In this document: positions 27,692 through 36,893 of the stretch, in pieces | Numbering within the stretch: the first letter of the stretch is position 1 | Layout: the number at the start of each line of letters is the position of its first letter | Assembly (NCBI GenBank): GCA_016218725.1 | Contig: JACRDB010000023.1 | Span: 4,479-68,478 of the forward strand | Length of the DNA: 64,000 nt | Reading direction: 5' to 3' | Origin: Deltaproteobacteria bacterium | GTDB lineage: Bacteria; Myxococcota_A; Polyangia; Polyangiales; Ga0077539 | Notes under the pieces: model-generated | Seen by the model: the letters and a program-made list of their open reading frames with translations, nothing else | Databases searched by the model: none | Told to the model about the DNA's origin: nothing | Made by a program: the position numbers and the translations under genes

Positions 27692-29620
27692 TCACAGCTC
27701 CTCGCGCCAGAGCACCGTCTCCGCGCCGCCGGAGTCCCCGCCGTGGTCCTGACCTGGGCCCCCGGGGCGCGACGACCACTGCGCATCGAGCGCCGCGACG
27801 AGCGCCGACACCCTGGGAGCTTCGCGCGAAGGCACGCGCACGCCGTCGCCGAGCGCGACTCCGCACGCGACCTGGGCCTCCGTGGGGAACACCACCCGGA
27901 GCCGCGTCGGTGACACCCTCCCGATCGCGACGGACTGGTGCCTTCCGACCGTCGGGTCGAGCCGTAGCACGAGGTGCCCCCCGTCGCGCTCGACGACCAG
28001 CGACGGAGGGCCCTCCGCGAGCGTCACCGGCGACGGAGGGTCGCCCTCCAGATAGACGTAGGGGTGGCCAGCGAGCGCGCGCAGCGCGGACGGCGTGTCG
28101 AAGGTGTACGTCGTCTCAGGGTAGCCACGGACGCGCTCCGTGTGCGCCAGGAGAGTCCGAAGAACGTCGCGGTCTTGCGGGTTGAGGTGGGCCATCTTCG
28201 AGGCGCCTTCGTGCAGGCGTTCGAGGGATACACGTCGGCCCTGCGTCCATTGGCCGCGCGCGTCGCGCCGCTGCTCCACCGGTCGGAGGTCGGGCCACGA
28301 ACCGCGCAGCGAGAGCACCCACGCCAGCCGCAGGGGTTCCGCCTCCGCCGCGGGGGTGGAGCGAACGGGCGCGGCCGCCACGCGCTCGAGGGCGCTCAGA
28401 GCGCGGGCCCAGGGCTCCTCTCGTGCGAAAACGCTTCGGAGTCGGCTGACGCTCGCGTCCCCGATCACCGCGGCGTCGAACTCGTCGGCGAGCCAGCGCC
28501 AGCCTGCGGACCGCGCCCGCTCCCCGAAGCGCTCCAGCTCCGACCGCTGGAACTTGTCGGCGAGGCCCGACGCCGCGAGCAGGCACAGCCGGAAGGACCA
28601 CTCCAGGCCCGTGCCGCGCTGCAGATAGCCCCCCACATGGTCCCGGAGGAGATCATCGCCGTCGGTCCAACCTGCGGGCAGCGCCGCGAGGACGGGAAGG
28701 ACGGACCAGCACCGATGCTCGCCGGGCGGGGCCGCACGCTGGAGGTCCTCCGCGCGCTCGGGGTCGCCCGCCTCGACCAGCGCCAGCGCGCAGCCCAGCG
28801 CCCCCAGCTTCGCCGCCAGCGATCGCGGCCGCGCCCCGGCCGCCGCGAACCCCGCGCGCAAGCGCCCGGAGCGCCCCGCGGCTGTGGGGTCCCGCCGCAG
28901 GAACGCGAGCCACGTCGCGGCGGCGAAGGTCTCGGCGTCCTCGGCGCCGTCGAGCCAGCGCGGGGCCTCGTCGGCGCGGCCCCGCAGAGCGAGGGAGACG
29001 GCCAGGAGCGCGCGCAGCGCCGGGCCTCGCGTCCCGTCCTCGGCGCAGGACGCCAGGCACGCGAAGGGCTCCTCCGAGGGCTCCAGGTCGAGCAGCGCAC
29101 GCTCTAGGAGCTGGTCCAACGCCTCGACGAGCAACGGCTCGGGCCAGCCGCGCAGCCACGCCACATCGAGCGGCCCCTCAAGGACCTCGGTGAACGGCCT
29201 CGGGTGCTCCGCCGCCAGGCCCCGCGCGAGCGCCGCGGCCCGAGGGAAGTCCCTCGCGTGCAGGGCGACCCACAACGGCGAGGACGGCAGGTCCGGGCGG
29301 TGGAGCCCCCCGACGGCCTCGCCCACCTCGGCGAGCGCGCCGGTGGACGCCAGGCGCAGCAGCACCGCGTGACCGAGCGCGCGGTCGCAGCGGTAGCGGC
29401 CACCTACCATCGCGATCACGCGATCGCGGACGAGGCCCTGGAGCACGGGGTCAAGGTTGTCGCCCTTGAGCGAGCGGCCGTCGGGGCCGCGCTGGTGCCC
29501 GAGGGCGCGCACCGCGACCAGGATCGTCGTGCGGGCCATCTCCTCGAAGCCGACCGCGAGCACCGCGACCACGGCCCGCTCGACCGGCGTGCGCCCCTCC
29601 CATATGGTCTGCAGGTCCAT
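27692..29620 (-). CDS. Hypothetical 642-aa protein; possibly the helicase-less N-terminal part of an SNF2-associated protein (tentative)
   Basis: Coherent ORF with non-artefactual composition. The C-terminal third (EPLRLAWVLSLRGSWPDLRPVEQRRDARGQWTQGRRVSLERL...NPQDRDVLRTLL...) recalls the N-terminal accessory regions of bacterial SNF2 helicases (memory only). No ATPase motifs are present. Confidence 0.6.
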   Translation of the reverse strand: MDLQTIWEGRTPVERAVVAVLAVGFEEMARTTILVAVRALGHQRGPDGRSLKGDNLDPVLQGLVRDRVIAMVGGRYRCDRALGHAVLLRLASTGALAEVGEAVGGLHRPDLPSSPLWVALHARDFPRAAALARGLAAEHPRPFTEVLEGPLDVAWLRGWPEPLLVEALDQLLERALLDLEPSEEPFACLASCAEDGTRGPALRALLAVSLALRGRADEAPRWLDGAEDAETFAAATWLAFLRRDPTAAGRSGRLRAGFAAAGARPRSLAAKLGALGCALALVEAGDPERAEDLQRAAPPGEHRCWSVLPVLAALPAGWTDGDDLLRDHVGGYLQRGTGLEWSFRLCLLAASGLADKFQRSELERFGERARSAGWRWLADEFDAAVIGDASVSRLRSVFAREEPWARALSALERVAAAPVRSTPAAEAEPLRLAWVLSLRGSWPDLRPVEQRRDARGQWTQGRRVSLERLHEGASKMAHLNPQDRDVLRTLLAHTERVRGYPETTYTFDTPSALRALAGHPYVYLEGDPPSPVTLAEGPPSLVVERDGGHLVLRLDPTVGRHQSVAIGRVSPTRLRVVFPTEAQVACGVALGDGVRVPSREAPRVSALVAALDAQWSSRPGGPGQDHGGDSGGAETVLWREEL

Positions 29621-29751
29621 TCTCCGGCGATACCGCGAACCGCGGCGGAAGGCCAGGGATCCGCCGCGCAGACGTAATGGTCGCCTGCCGTCCCTGGAGG
29701 ACTATCGGCCCGCAGCGTGGTGAGGCGCAGCGCGCACCGCTCGGCAGGTCT

Positions 29752-30609
29752 TCATGGGTCGATGGGGAGGGAGTCGACCAGCGCCAGCAGTGCCTCCCAA
29801 GCATCATCGATAGGGACGAAGAGCGTCCGCGTCGTGGTCTTGAGTTCGGCGTAGTCCTGGGCCGCGCGGCGCTTCACCTCGGGGTCACGAAACGCAGACC
29901 GGGAGACGACGATGCCCCGCGCGACGGCCTTGCGCAGCAGGAAGTCCGCGACCTTGGCGAAATCGAGCGACCGCCGCTGGCATGTCACGGCGACGTCGAG
30001 CAGGTCCTGGCGCCGGTAGCGGTTGCGCACCGGCTGTTGCAGGAGCGAGCGGAGCTTCTCCGCGACGATGTCCTCGCACGAGCTCACGCGCAGCTTGTGG
30101 ACGCCCGCGGTGTCCACCGGCTCATCCTCGCAGACCACCTCGTTGATGCTCACGTCCAAGGGGACGACCAGTGGGCTGGTGCTCCCGGACTCGATGCGTC
30201 GGCGCAGGTTCGCCTCGTCCGTGAGCGCGTATCCGACGGAGACCGCGTAGGTGACGAAGGTCGCGTCCGGAGAAGGGGGTTGGCGCTTGACGCTGTGGAC
30301 GCTGTAGAGCGTGCCGAGCTTCCGGCTCGTCGCGGAGAGGCTATCCTGGAGGAGCTCCTTCAGCGCATCACCCTCCAGCGGATCCGTGGAGGAGAAATCG
30401 AGGTCCTTCGTGCTGCGGTTGGGCGACCACACGAAATCGAGCGCGTTGCCCCCCTTGAACACCAGCGTCGCGCTCAACACACGCGAGTCGGACACGGCGC
30501 GGAGGATGCCATACTGGGCGAACCGCACCCTCGCCTCCTGCACCGTGACCCCGTTCTCCTTCGCCCACCCGCCGATGTCCTGGAAGGTGCGTGGGTACTT
30601 CTCGTTCAT
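29752..30609 (-). CDS. abiEii: AbiEii/AbiGii-family nucleotidyltransferase toxin (type IV TA)
   Basis: ...LVFKGGNALDFVW...STKDLDFS... is the nucleotidyltransferase signature. 285 aa; ATGA overlap with the upstream antitoxin gene. Confidence 0.85.
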   Translation of the reverse strand: MNEKYPRTFQDIGGWAKENGVTVQEARVRFAQYGILRAVSDSRVLSATLVFKGGNALDFVWSPNRSTKDLDFSSTDPLEGDALKELLQDSLSATSRKLGTLYSVHSVKRQPPSPDATFVTYAVSVGYALTDEANLRRRIESGSTSPLVVPLDVSINEVVCEDEPVDTAGVHKLRVSSCEDIVAEKLRSLLQQPVRNRYRRQDLLDVAVTCQRRSLDFAKVADFLLRKAVARGIVVSRSAFRDPEVKRRAAQDYAELKTTTRTLFVPIDDAWEALLALVDSLPIDP

Positions 30610-31511
30610 GGCCCACCTCGTAGCAAGAAATCAGTCGGAGCGTTGAGGGAGAGGCTCCACCGCTCGCTGAACGCCGTCGCGTATGGGGCGCTCGCGCAGA
30701 GCCTGCTGGAGCCGCCGCGCTTCGCCCCCACGCGCCACTGGTCGAGCGCCTCGTGCGTGAGCCCCAGCGTCTCCAGCACGAAACCCACGCGCTGCCGCAG
30801 AACGCCGACGTCGAGTTGTCCGACCACCTGCACGAGCGCGTTCACGTCGAGCAGGTCGCGCGACTTCGCCCAGCCGCGGAGCACCGCACCGATGCCGCCG
30901 CAGGCGTCAGGGTCGAGCAGGCCATCGAGCAGCGTCCGCTCGGGGATCGTGACCCGCAGCGCCCACCCCTCCGGGGCGTACACCCCGACACCCCCAAAGC
31001 GCTGCGGAAGTACGCGGTGCCATCGCACAGGCCGCCCAAGAATCTCTGCAGGGAAGCGGGCCGGCGCGCGCGGCAGGTCGGCCCAATCCTCGGAGGAGGT
31101 CCCGGGAGGCACGCCGAAATCGCCGCGACCGGTGGGCACTACCGCGTGGATACCCTTGGGCAGATCGTCGGTGAGACCGTGGAAGACCATCGCCGTGTGG
31201 TGGCTCGCCGCGACGCACGGCTGCGTCTCCATCAACACTTCCAGTTCGCCGACCTTACCTACGTCCGCGTAGGGGACGATCACCTCGTACACGCCGCCGA
31301 CCCCTGCCAGCGGACGCAGATCGCCAGCGCTGACCATCCGGTCGAGCAGGCGCCTCGCCTCGGCCACCGACCGCGGCGCCTGCGCACGCGAAGTCGGTTC
31401 CGCCGCACGCGCCGCCCGCTGGAGCAGTATCATCGCGCGCCAATCGGAGACTATATGGCGCCTATCGGCCGCGAGACGGTGCAGCAGGTCTCGGACGACG
31501 TTGATTCGCAA
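30606..31511 (-). CDS. abiEi: AbiEi-family antitoxin/transcriptional regulator (type IV TA)
   Basis: N-terminal wHTH-like region (...SVAEARRLLDRMVSAGDLRPLAGVGGVYEV...) followed by a larger C-terminal domain. TTG start at 31511, translationally coupled to abiEii. Confidence 0.8.
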   Translation of the reverse strand: MRINVVRDLLHRLAADRRHIVSDWRAMILLQRAARAAEPTSRAQAPRSVAEARRLLDRMVSAGDLRPLAGVGGVYEVIVPYADVGKVGELEVLMETQPCVAASHHTAMVFHGLTDDLPKGIHAVVPTGRGDFGVPPGTSSEDWADLPRAPARFPAEILGRPVRWHRVLPQRFGGVGVYAPEGWALRVTIPERTLLDGLLDPDACGGIGAVLRGWAKSRDLLDVNALVQVVGQLDVGVLRQRVGFVLETLGLTHEALDQWRVGAKRGGSSRLCASAPYATAFSERWSLSLNAPTDFLLRGGP

Positions 31512-31528
31512 TTGGCCTTCCGGTGCTC

Positions 31529-31571
31529 CTCGTCCTAGACTGTCGTCCTAAGGACGACAGTCTAGGACGAG
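31529..31571. promoter_or_regulatory. Perfect 21-bp inverted repeat (1-nt spacer): candidate AbiEi operator
   Basis: ctcgtcctagactgtcgtcct-a-aggacgacagtctaggacgag, located 18 nt upstream of the abiEi start codon. Confidence 0.6.
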
Positions 31572-31586
31572 AGCCGTAATTGTCAA
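31559..31586 (-). promoter_or_regulatory. Candidate abiE promoter (TTGACA-16 nt-TAGACT)
   Basis: Minus strand: TTGACA (31586-31581), a 16-nt spacer, then TAGACT (31564-31559). The -10 lies inside one palindrome arm. Confidence 0.45.
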
Positions 31587-31735
31587 CCTCTTGCAGCAAT
31601 ATCGTCACGGCGTTCCGGCGTGATCCTCCGTTGGCATCCAACTATAGGATGGAGCACCTGAACGGGGCAAATTGTCCCGCGCCGTGGCGTCAGTCCCAGA
31701 GTTTCCTGGCATTTCGACGGACGCCGATTTTCCTA

Positions 31736-32434
31736 TCAGCCCGCGGCGCCCTCCCGGGCGCTTGCGCGGCGCTCGCGGAGGAACTCGATCACCCCCGGGA
31801 GGATCGAGATGATGATGATCGCCACCAGCACCAGCTCGAAGTGCTTGCGCACGAACTCCAGCTGGCCGAACTCATGCCCCGCCACGGAGCACAGCACCAC
31901 CCACGCGAAGGCCCCCACGATGTTGTACGAGAGGAAGCGCGGGTAGCTCATCTTGCCGATGCCCGCCACGAAGGGCGCGAAGGTCCGCACGATGGGCACG
32001 AAGCGCGCCATGATGATGGTCTTGCCGCCGTACTTCGCGTAGAAGCGCTGGGTCTTCTCCAGGTGCTTCTTGTTCAGGAGCCAGGAGTCGTCGCGGCTGA
32101 ACACCGCGGGCCCGAGGCGATAGCCCACCGCGTAGTTCACCGCGTCCCCCACCACCGCCGCCGTCACCAGGAGCGGGATCACCACCGCCAGCGAGAGCCC
32201 CCCCGTCGCGCTCACGGCCCCGATGGTGAACAAGAGCGAGTCCCCCGGGAGGAACGGCGCCATCACCAGCCCCGTCTCCGCGAAGATGATCGCGAAGAGG
32301 ATGAGGTACAGCTTGAACCCGAGGGCCTGGGCCATCGCGGCCAGGCTGTCCGGCCTCGTGAGGCTCTTCAGGAATTCTATCGCGGCGTGCAAGGTGGGGG
32401 CTCCCTCGGGTGGTGGTGGCGGGCCGCGGAGCAT
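31736..32434 (-). CDS. dedA: DedA family membrane protein
   Basis: ...FAIIFAETGLVMAPFLPGDSLLFTIG...RFYAKYGGKTIIMARFVPIVRTFAPFVAG.... The true start is probably downstream of 32434. Confidence 0.85.
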   Translation of the reverse strand: MLRGPPPPPEGAPTLHAAIEFLKSLTRPDSLAAMAQALGFKLYLILFAIIFAETGLVMAPFLPGDSLLFTIGAVSATGGLSLAVVIPLLVTAAVVGDAVNYAVGYRLGPAVFSRDDSWLLNKKHLEKTQRFYAKYGGKTIIMARFVPIVRTFAPFVAGIGKMSYPRFLSYNIVGAFAWVVLCSVAGHEFGQLEFVRKHFELVLVAIIIISILPGVIEFLRERRASAREGAAG

Positions 32435-32476
32435 ACGGGACTCCGGGCCCCTGGCAAGGCGCCCTCGCGGGGAGGT

Positions 32477-34921
32477 TCACAGCGCCGGACGGAAGCGCAC
32501 GCCGGTGAAGGACCCCGGGGAGCAGGCGCTGCCGCCGCATGCCCCGATGCCGTCGGTGCCCGCGGCGTTCTCCAGGCCCGCGGTGCGGCTCAGCGCGCCG
32601 GACATGAGCGCGTACTGGAACTCCACCACGTTGGTGCCCTCGTGGAGGATGGCCTCGAAGGTCATGTCGCCGGTGCGGGTGCTGTAGTTCCTGGTGCTCT
32701 GCCACTCGACCACCCAGCGCCGCGACGGCGCCGACCCCACCAAAGCCACGCAGAGCCCGACGCCGTTGGTGAGCAGGTCCCCCCAGTGGACGGCCACCAC
32801 GGAGTTCGGTGTCACGGGGCTCGGGAGGGTCCCGCTGAGGGAGGCGTTGGGCATCCCGTCGAGCCCCAGCCAGCCGTTGGAGCAGAGGTTCACCGAGGCG
32901 CCCGCGGCGATGCGCTCTCCCCAGAAGTGAAACTCGAAGGGCAGCGGCGTGGTGGCGAAGCTGTCGTCCACCAGGGGCAGGTAGGTCAGGCGCCCGGGCG
33001 CGGCGCAGGCGTCCACGAAGGCCGATGGGGCGGTCTCCGCCACGTAGCGCCGGAGGGCCACGGTGACGCAGCTCCCAGCGACGCAGGTGGCGCCCGCCCC
33101 GCATGCGCGGCCGCAGCCGCTGCAGTGCGCCGGGTGCGAGCCCACGTCCACGCAGCCGCCATCACACACCGTCTGCCCCGGAGGACACACCCGGAAGGAC
33201 GGCAGCGTGGTGGCCGGGCACCACCCGAGGGTCTCGTCGGAGCCGCCGAACTGGCTGGCTCCCTCGTGGTGGAAGTACCACCGCCCCTGCGACGGCGACA
33301 CCGCGATGGAGCACATGTCCGCCAGGTTCGTGAAGGTCCCGAGCACCGTCACGGTCCCCTCGGGCACCCGCGCCCTGACGACGCTCGTGGCGTCCCTCAC
33401 GTACACCACCGAGGTCGCCCCCGCAGAGAACTCCGCGACCCCCCAGAAGGCCCAGTTCTCACACCCCTGATGCGGCGGGATGGCCATCGCCCCGAGGGAC
33501 GTCACCAGCCCCGTGGTGGTGTCCACCGCCCAGGCCGCGCTCCCATCGAGCAGCACCAGGCGCCCGTAGCCCGCGAACACCCCCGCCCGCCCGTAGCTCA
33601 ACATCACCGCCTGCGACAGGGTCACCGACCGGGAGGTCATCGCCCCGCTGCGCCCGTCCAGCTCCAGAAGATGCGTCACGCTCCCCCCCGTGGAGCCCAC
33701 CGGGTCCGTGGCGCTCGTCCCGAGGCTGTACACCTTGCCCGACTGCAGGTCGCTCACCAGCCCGTCCACCTGCCGCCCAAGGGACATCGCCCCCCCCAGA
33801 GGCTCCAGGTCAAAGCGCGCCGTCACCAGGTCCCCCGTGTAGAACACCGACGTGTCGCTCACCGCGATCCCACCTCGGTCATCCCCGGTGGAGCCAACGT
33901 GGTCAATGGTCCTACATCCGCCTACACCCAGGGAGCTCACCTGGAAGTCCATGGGGGCGCTGGGCGCCACGCAGGAGCCCGCGGCGCAGACCTGGCCCGG
34001 GGTGCATGCGCGCCCGCAGGCGCCGCAGTTGGCCAGGTCCCCGAGGGTATTGACGCACACGGCGCCGCAGAGGGTCTCCGTGGGCGCGCAGGTGCGCGCG
34101 CATGCGCCCATGCGGCAGGCCTGACCCACGGGGCACGCCCGGCCGCAGGCGCCGCAGTGGAGGTCCGAGGTGAGGCGCACCTCGCAGCCGTTGGTGGCGA
34201 CCCCGTCGCAGTTCCCGAAGCCCACGCTGCACGTCAGGCCGCAGACCCCCGACGCGCACACGGGCATGGCCTCGGGCCCCGTGAGGCACACCGTGTCGCA
34301 CCCTCCGCAGTTGAGGGGGTCGCTGGAGACGTCCAGGCAGGAGCCGCCGCAGACCCGCAGGGGGCTCTCGCAGGTGCCCTCGCAGCGACCGCGCACGCAG
34401 CCCATCCCGGCCGGGCATGCGCGCCCACACATCCCGCAGTGCAGCGGGTCCGTGCGGGCGTCCACGCAGCGCCCGCCGCAGTCCACCTGCCCCGCCAGGC
34501 ACGACGACACGCAGCCCCCGGAGACACAGGCCTCGGTCACCGAGCACGCCTGGCCGCAGCGCCCGCAGTGCGAGCGGTCCGACTGCAGGTCCCGGCACCC
34601 ATCGGCGCAGGGGGCGCTCCCAGCGGGGCAGGTCCCCGCGTCGGGGGTGTCCTCGGGCAGGGGGCCCGTGTCCGGCGCGTCCTCCGGGGCGTTGGTGTCC
34701 GGCGAGGGGGCCTCCGGCGGGGCGTCCCCCGGGGCACCGTCCGTGCCGTCCGCGGCGCCGTCCCTGGCGGGCGCGGCGTCGTTGGTGGCGTCCTCGTCCG
34801 CCGCGCCGTCGGCGACGTCGACGAAGGGGAACAGCGATGAGTGCTGGCGGGCGCAGCCGAACACCACGAACAGGGCGACGACAAGGAAGGGTGCGGCGCC
34901 GGGGTACATACCTCGGGTCAT
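32477..34921 (-). CDS. Large secreted protein: N-terminal acidic linker, DxxHCGxCGxxC Cys repeats, and a C-terminal non-repetitive region (~550 aa)
   Basis: Start at Met61 of ORF 32477..35101 (MTRGMYPGAAPFLVVALFVVFGC). About 7 repeats such as SDRSHCGRCGQACSVTEACVSGGC and TDPLHCGMCGRACPAGMGCVRGRC. Confidence 0.75.
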   Translation of the reverse strand: MTRGMYPGAAPFLVVALFVVFGCARQHSSLFPFVDVADGAADEDATNDAAPARDGAADGTDGAPGDAPPEAPSPDTNAPEDAPDTGPLPEDTPDAGTCPAGSAPCADGCRDLQSDRSHCGRCGQACSVTEACVSGGCVSSCLAGQVDCGGRCVDARTDPLHCGMCGRACPAGMGCVRGRCEGTCESPLRVCGGSCLDVSSDPLNCGGCDTVCLTGPEAMPVCASGVCGLTCSVGFGNCDGVATNGCEVRLTSDLHCGACGRACPVGQACRMGACARTCAPTETLCGAVCVNTLGDLANCGACGRACTPGQVCAAGSCVAPSAPMDFQVSSLGVGGCRTIDHVGSTGDDRGGIAVSDTSVFYTGDLVTARFDLEPLGGAMSLGRQVDGLVSDLQSGKVYSLGTSATDPVGSTGGSVTHLLELDGRSGAMTSRSVTLSQAVMLSYGRAGVFAGYGRLVLLDGSAAWAVDTTTGLVTSLGAMAIPPHQGCENWAFWGVAEFSAGATSVVYVRDATSVVRARVPEGTVTVLGTFTNLADMCSIAVSPSQGRWYFHHEGASQFGGSDETLGWCPATTLPSFRVCPPGQTVCDGGCVDVGSHPAHCSGCGRACGAGATCVAGSCVTVALRRYVAETAPSAFVDACAAPGRLTYLPLVDDSFATTPLPFEFHFWGERIAAGASVNLCSNGWLGLDGMPNASLSGTLPSPVTPNSVVAVHWGDLLTNGVGLCVALVGSAPSRRWVVEWQSTRNYSTRTGDMTFEAILHEGTNVVEFQYALMSGALSRTAGLENAAGTDGIGACGGSACSPGSFTGVRFRPAL

Positions 34922-34970
34922 TGCCGAGAACGTAGCACCCGCGCGGGTGTACCGTACCCCCTCGGAGGGG

Positions 34971-36275
34971 ATGTCTTCGATGCAACGGAACTCCACCCTG
35001 GCCGCGCTCCTGGCGACGGCCCTCGCGGCGCGGGAGGTCGCGCCGCAGGTGCCTCCCCCGGGCCCGGACCCCGACGGCGACGACGACCCCGTCGCGGACA
35101 CCGGCTCCGGCGCCCTTCCCCCCGGCGGGCGCTTCGAGCGTGTGGGGCGCGCGCCGCAGGCCCTGCACCGGGTCTGTGACCTTACGGTGTTCCAGGGCGC
35201 CCTCTACGGGGCCCACGCCAACCGCCCCTTGAGCTCCGACGGGGCCACGATCACCCGCTACGACCCCGCCGCCACGCCGCCCTGCACCGTGGCCTTCGAC
35301 TGGAACCGCCCGGGGCCGCCCCGGGGCGGCGGCGGCGCGGGCCAGGGCTTCCTGCGCGTGCACGCCATGGGGGGCAGGCTCTTTGTCCCCGACGCGGACC
35401 CTCCCTACAACGGTTTTGGGATCTCCGAGCACGGCACCGAGGGCTTTGTCTTTGTCTCCGACACCGCAGGGCACTTTGCCCCGGCCCGAGGGCCCAGGCT
35501 CCGCCCTCCCGGGGTTCCCGACGCGGTGAACCGCCCCGGCGCGGCGGTGCTCCCGCGGGCCTACCACGTCCTTGACGCCATCCGTTACCGCGGTCGCTGG
35601 CTGGCCTCGACGGGCAGCGTGCCGCCGAGGGAGAGGGCCTGGTATGGGCCCTCTCCGGGGGCGCTCCACGTGGCGGGGGCGGACCTCTCGCGCTGGACCT
35701 ACGAGGTGGATTATCCCCACCCGTGGCGCCCTGGCGTGTGGCGCCTGGGCTTTCTTGTACGCTTCCGAGGGAGGCTCTACGCGGGCCTCCAGGACTACGA
35801 CGGCCGCGAGCCCAACGACTACGTGTGGCTGGCGCCCGCCCCCGGGGCCGGCGCCCTCTCCCGCGGGGACGTGCACCCGGTGAGGGTGACCGGCACGGCC
35901 CTTACGCTGCGCTGGTGAGCCGACCAGGGGAGGCTCTACTGGCTTGCCTGGAACCGCTCTGGGGGGACGGTGCTCCGGGTCACCGACGACGGGGACACCT
36001 GGCGCGCGATCGTGTTTCCTCCGGAGGCCGGCGCCCCTACGGACATCACCCGCTGGCGCGGCGCCAGGGTGGTGCTCACGGAGCGAGGGCTCTACCGGCT
36101 CGACGGGGACACCCCGGCGCGCGTGGGAGACGTCCCCCTGGACCCCCAGGGGCGCAGCCCCTTCGTCTTCAGCGACGTGTTCTGCGCGGCGCCGCTGGCG
36201 GTCTTCCGCGGGGACCTCTACGCCGGGGGCCAGCGCGACGGCTCCCTCTGGCGCTTCGCGCCCGCCACGCCCTGA
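34971..36275 (+). pseudogene. Secreted beta-propeller-like protein interrupted by an in-frame TGA at 35916-35918
   Basis: ORFs 34971..35918 and 35919..36275 are in the same frame. A blade-like motif ([RF]xGxL[YF]) recurs on both sides of the stop (...TLRW*ADQGRLYWLAWN...). Signal-like N-terminus MSSMQRNSTLAALLATALAA. Confidence 0.55.
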
Positions 36276-36750
36276 CATCGCGGTGGTCTACGTTTAGGCG
36301 TAAGGGATGCGCGTCCGCCTCGGGACCACGGCAGACGCGCAGCTCTCGAAGCGTGGCCTCAGTGCAGAGCCAGAATAGCTGCAACTTCACGAGGTTGCGC
36401 CCGCTGCCGTGGGCCGTCGGGCAGGGACCTGGGCCACACTTCGGGGACACCGCGGGACGCGACGAAATGCGCTTGACAGCGGCAGGACCCAGCGGGACCC
36501 TCCTGGGGGCGCAGATGGGATCGTGTGCACACACGCATCGGTCAGCGGTCGAGGGGGCTCAGCACCCTCAAGGGCCTGCGGTCGCCGGAGTGCGCTTGGG
36601 CGTTCATGGTGCGCGCGCCCTGGTGGCGGGGCTACGCGACGACCTCCTGCTGCGAGAGCGAGGCCGGAAGGTGCGCTGGGCGCCGCGCGAGTTCAAGGCC
36701 GACGAGCGCGGGGGCATCGAGGTCGAGCACAGTCGGGCGGCCGGTTCGGG

Positions 36751-36823
36751 GCGGCCTAACACGCGAATTCCGTGGTTATGCAGCCGGGGTCGGCGGCCCA
36801 ACACGCGGATTACGTGGTTATGC
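36751..36823. repeat. Two 31-bp direct repeats (3 mismatches) spaced 42 bp apart, each holding a CACG-N7-CGTG inverted repeat
   Basis: gcggcctaacacgcgaattccgtggttatgc (36751-36781) and gcggcccaacacgcggattacgtggttatgc (36793-36823), located 70-140 nt upstream of the first island gene. Confidence 0.8.
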
Positions 36824-36893
36824 GGCGGTCGAACACGATGTTAGCCCGACCGAAGGGATATACTGGAACAATGGCATCGCAAGGAGATCGCTG

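Noticed and set aside
35919-35990. Possible SECIS element after the in-frame TGA
   Set aside because: Only weak pairings are found by hand (CCAGG...CCTGG with mismatched interior). There is no stable stem-loop at the expected distance, so selenocysteine is not supported.
31580-36278. ORFs 31580..34840 (+, 1086 aa) and 33912..36278 (-, 788 aa)
   Set aside because: They lie antisense to the dedA, Cys-repeat and propeller-like genes. Their composition is Arg/Pro/Gly/His-rich with no motifs.
36300-36750. Possible gene remnant (…LRDDLLLRERGRKVRWAPREFKADERGGIEVEH…) or integrase fragment left of the nuclease island
   Set aside because: Only ~35 plausible-looking codons sit inside an otherwise artefact-like ORF (35723..36844). 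No recognisable motif is present, so it cannot be supported from sequence alone.
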